Below the pieces are notes generated by a model, which saw only the letters and a list, made by a program, of their open reading frames with translations, searched no databases and was not told where the DNA came from. Positions 60,550 to 64,000 of a stretch of DNA of 64,000 bases are shown in pieces. The stretch lies in the NCBI GenBank assembly GCA_030770535.1, contig JASVEC010000011.1:992001-1056000 (forward strand), written 5' to 3'. A program made the position numbers and the translations under genes. This stretch comes from Batkoa obscura (lineage: Eukaryota). Numbering within the stretch: position 1 is the stretch's first letter; each line of letters begins with the position of its first letter.

Positions 60550-62260
60550 GATGGATTTATATTACAGCTTCAATTAATTTGGCATTCATAGTTATATACA
60601 TTGCATTGTTGTTAGTGTTATTAGTCTTCACTAATAGAAATGAAGAAGCTAATTATTTTACCTCTGTAAAGAGTTTTAGCTCTGAAAATCTATTTTGCTT
60701 TGCAATATTTATTTTCAATATAAGTTAACCTTATTATATTGTAACGTTGTCTATCCTCTCCAATAGATACATTTGACTTTATTGTTTCCAAAAAATATTA
60801 GTGTCTATAATTTTGTATAATCGGTAAATCCAAAGCGAATACCAAAAATGGTCTGATCCTTCACTTACTTTTATATTACAATAACCATAATCAAAAAATT
60901 TTAGACATTGAATGGGAACTAAGTGAAGGATTTAAAGCAACATGTTTAAATATATATTTTATAAAAGTAGCTGAATAATTATAGATTTTATACAAAATTC
61001 AAATCCCTTAAATTAAGTGATTGGCTTTGAGTTAAAATATAAAATAATAAAGTTGTGGCAAACTTCAGATAATAATTTTCGTGATTCACAATTTGTTTAT
61101 ATCCATGGCCAACCATTTTTTATTTTCTGGTTAGAATCAATTTCTTCCTCTGGCATATAAAAACGTTTGGATTTTTAATACTATTGTATCTAAAGCTGAG
61201 AAATCAATGTCATCCTTTTCAAACTCAATCTCTATTTTACTTTCATTAATGATTGATTTATTAACACTTACAGTATTATTTGTGCTGGAAATTGATTTTT
61301 TAATATTATCTGATTTATTTGTATTTTCATTTTGTTTTTTATTTACATATCTAAGTGGTTTCCAAAGATCTGTAACTTTAGGACTATTCCCTCTCTTTTG
61401 ATCATTAACGCCAATTATTAGTTTATCAAGATTAGCTAAATCATTTACATTCAGATTCACTTTATCATCTATACTAATGGCCGGCTTATCGAAGTTGGTA
61501 GCCTTGATTTTATTTTCATTTTTCTTTATGTTCCTCTTAATAATTAATTTACTATTATTAACAATACTATTCATAATTTCGATTTTTATTTTGTTCATAT
61601 AAGTGATTGGACTATTAATGTTAATGTTAACATTGGTATTATCACGTCCATCTGTACTTGTATAGATAACCAACTCCTTAATGTTGATAGTACTACTATT
61701 TTATGATTTTCAATTTTTTTCTTTTCATATAGTTGAGAAATAAAACCATTCTTTTCTTTATTTTTATACGCATCACAAGTAGTTGAATAATTTTTGCTGT
61801 TTTCTTACTTTGATCCAATTTCACCTTTGTTATTTTTTGTTCTCCTTCTGTCTCTTTTTGGTTTAAATTGAGGTGGTACTACAGTCTTAGTAAATGGAGT
61901 TGAAGATTCGGTAGCAAAAAGATTGGTATTAATTACATTGTTGTTACTCTAGTTTATATTCCTACCTAATAGCTTAGTTTGTATATTCTTCACTACTTTC
62001 TCACTTTCGAACTGTTGATTTCTTATAGCTGGAGGATTAGGAGCATCGGCATGATATAGGTTCATAGCATCATTATTCCTTGCGGTATGTGATGTTTTGG
62101 AAAATGTCTCTTTTATATCATTTTCAAATATATTAAAAGCTGCCTCTATAGTTTATCCTTGCTTATAACACCTTTCTGCAATGCTAGTTACTTCCTCTAT
62201 CATATCCTTTGGTGAGCTGTATTTATATATTTTCCTGATAATTTTATATTATATTTTTTT
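60550..62260 (-). pseudogene. Degenerate Asn-rich coding remnant of unknown family, unit B
   Basis: ORF 61137-61673 plus stop-interrupted upstream frames similar to unit A. Confidence 0.4.
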
Positions 62261-62688
62261 TAAATTATTTAAATTATTTTTCAAATGTATTTTAGTATAT
62301 AAATTTTATTATAGTGTTTAAATTGTTTTACTTCGTATCCCTTTATACAGTTTCTTATAGTTACAATGAATTCTTTACATTTAATTGATCTTATAATTTT
62401 AATCAATTGATTGATTAAATCTATTATATCAGCTATAAATTTATACATTTATTCTCTTTAGTGTCAATATATTAAGTCTTATTTATAGGATTTAATTAAC
62501 TATGATATGGCCTATTCAAAGAAAAATTTTATACACCAGAATGGACTATTTTAGCTTTTTACTTCCTTCCTAGTACTCTCTTATTACTCTGTTTCTATGT
62601 CCTCTTCTCTTTTATTTCTATAAATAGATTACATCGGAGCTGATTGGCTCTTTTGTGATTTAAGAAAATCAAAACTACAAAATCATAT

Positions 62689-62786
62689 GGGGATGTATTT
62701 TTGTGTTTAAGAATTTTACTAACAATCTTTCCGCTTAAATAGCGCTTAAAAAATGGAAAAAGTGATGAAGCCAAAAAAACGTCCCC
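62689..62786 (+). mobile_element. MITE copy 17
   Basis: ATAT TSD. Confidence 0.9.
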
Positions 62787-64000
62787 ATATATATAAAATC
62801 AACTTTATTATAAGATTAGAACAATAGACTAACATACTAGAATTATTAATATAATAGTATATTAACGCAACATTAAAAGCATTGGCGTGACCTTTTAAAG
62901 AGATTACATATTTTTTGTAAAGCTTAGAAATTAATATTGCTCAATTTAAAATGATACGAAGTTCATATTAAATCTATAAGATAATTTAATCACAATCAAA
63001 TACTTATAAATATTATAAAAAGTTCTTTGATGAAAAAACTAGGACATCTATAAATGAGATATGAACGCTTATTAGAATCTCACTTCCTATCCTTTAATTT
63101 TGCTCAATATAGTATTTACGTCAACAAAGCACTTTTAATCCGCGCAGGCCTAAAGAATTTTTAAATAATCATCAGTCAAACTCTTTCAAACTATGCAAGT
63201 TCTCAATCCATCGATAGCAATCATCCTGCTTACACACTATTTTTATAGCTCAATTTATAGCGTATGGCATAAGTATACTTTATAATATTAAATAGCAAGC
63301 ATAATCAATCGCTGATTTACTTTGATAAATCCTACCTACATTTAATCGAGCACCTTTACTTTATGCAACATCCCAAAAGCTACTGAAAACTAATTAGTAC
63401 AATGAATGTTATATGTGTATCTAATATAGATTTGTTATAAAAAACTAAAAGTAATGAATCATTAATTTTTTCCACTTACAATTTTTTTCAAAGCTTATCT
63501 AACTTGTTTTTTATTCTAGTGAATTTTATTGACTATCCCTTAAATAATTACATTCAAAATATTCGTAAAGTTTATTTTAATAACTTAGTTTAAATAATAA
63601 AATCTATCATTGAAATTTTAGCCTTCTATTAATTTATTTTTGGCAATTAAAGGATGATGAAGGTGATTATTAACCTCATTTAGTATTCCGCATATAAGCA
63701 AGAATATTAAGCAAGGGATATAAGGTGGAAAATTCAAGCTAGAAATACGTTGTGTTATTGGTTCGATATGTTTAACTCTTCTAAATTATCTAAATTTGCG
63801 TAATTAGGGATAACCTTGTAACATGAACTGTATTAGTTACAAAGTAAAGTGGAGCTAACTTTATAGTTTAATAGAAATTATAATTTTTGACTAAAAGTAT
63901 AAATAAATCAATAAAAATGAACTGATGCTTTAAATATTCAACAAAAATAATAAAATGTTAGTTAAATATTTACTCCCACTATGGTTATCCCTTTTAACTT

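Overview
Very AT-rich eukaryotic DNA with short GT-AG introns. The gene content fits an early-diverging fungus, possibly Entomophthorales (Conidiobolus-like); this is an inference, not a database result. Housekeeping genes: a divergent Rae1/Gle2-like WD40 gene, glyoxalase I, mitochondrial L7/L12, a VCX1 Ca2+/H+ exchanger, SEC20, RPC31, a DUF2423/LLPH-like gene, a HAL/NPR kinase and two identical tRNA-Gln(TTG). Accessory genes: two secreted S1 proteases with an elastase-like pocket and a dibasic-site-preceded Trp-Trp/Gln repeat inserted in the catalytic domain, a cytochrome P450 plus a 5'-deleted duplicate, an F-box/LRR family that is mostly pseudogenised, and a TFIIB-core protein lacking the zinc ribbon. 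The dominant structure is a layered transposon system. It has an apparently intact 2.87-kb Sola2-like DDD transposon with 22-bp perfect TIRs, three decayed derivatives, 17 copies of a ~100-bp MITE sharing its GGGG termini and mostly ATAT target duplications, and a 482-bp TG...CA solo-LTR-like element found only inside Sola copies. Decayed copies show strongly directional C>T/G>A mutation.
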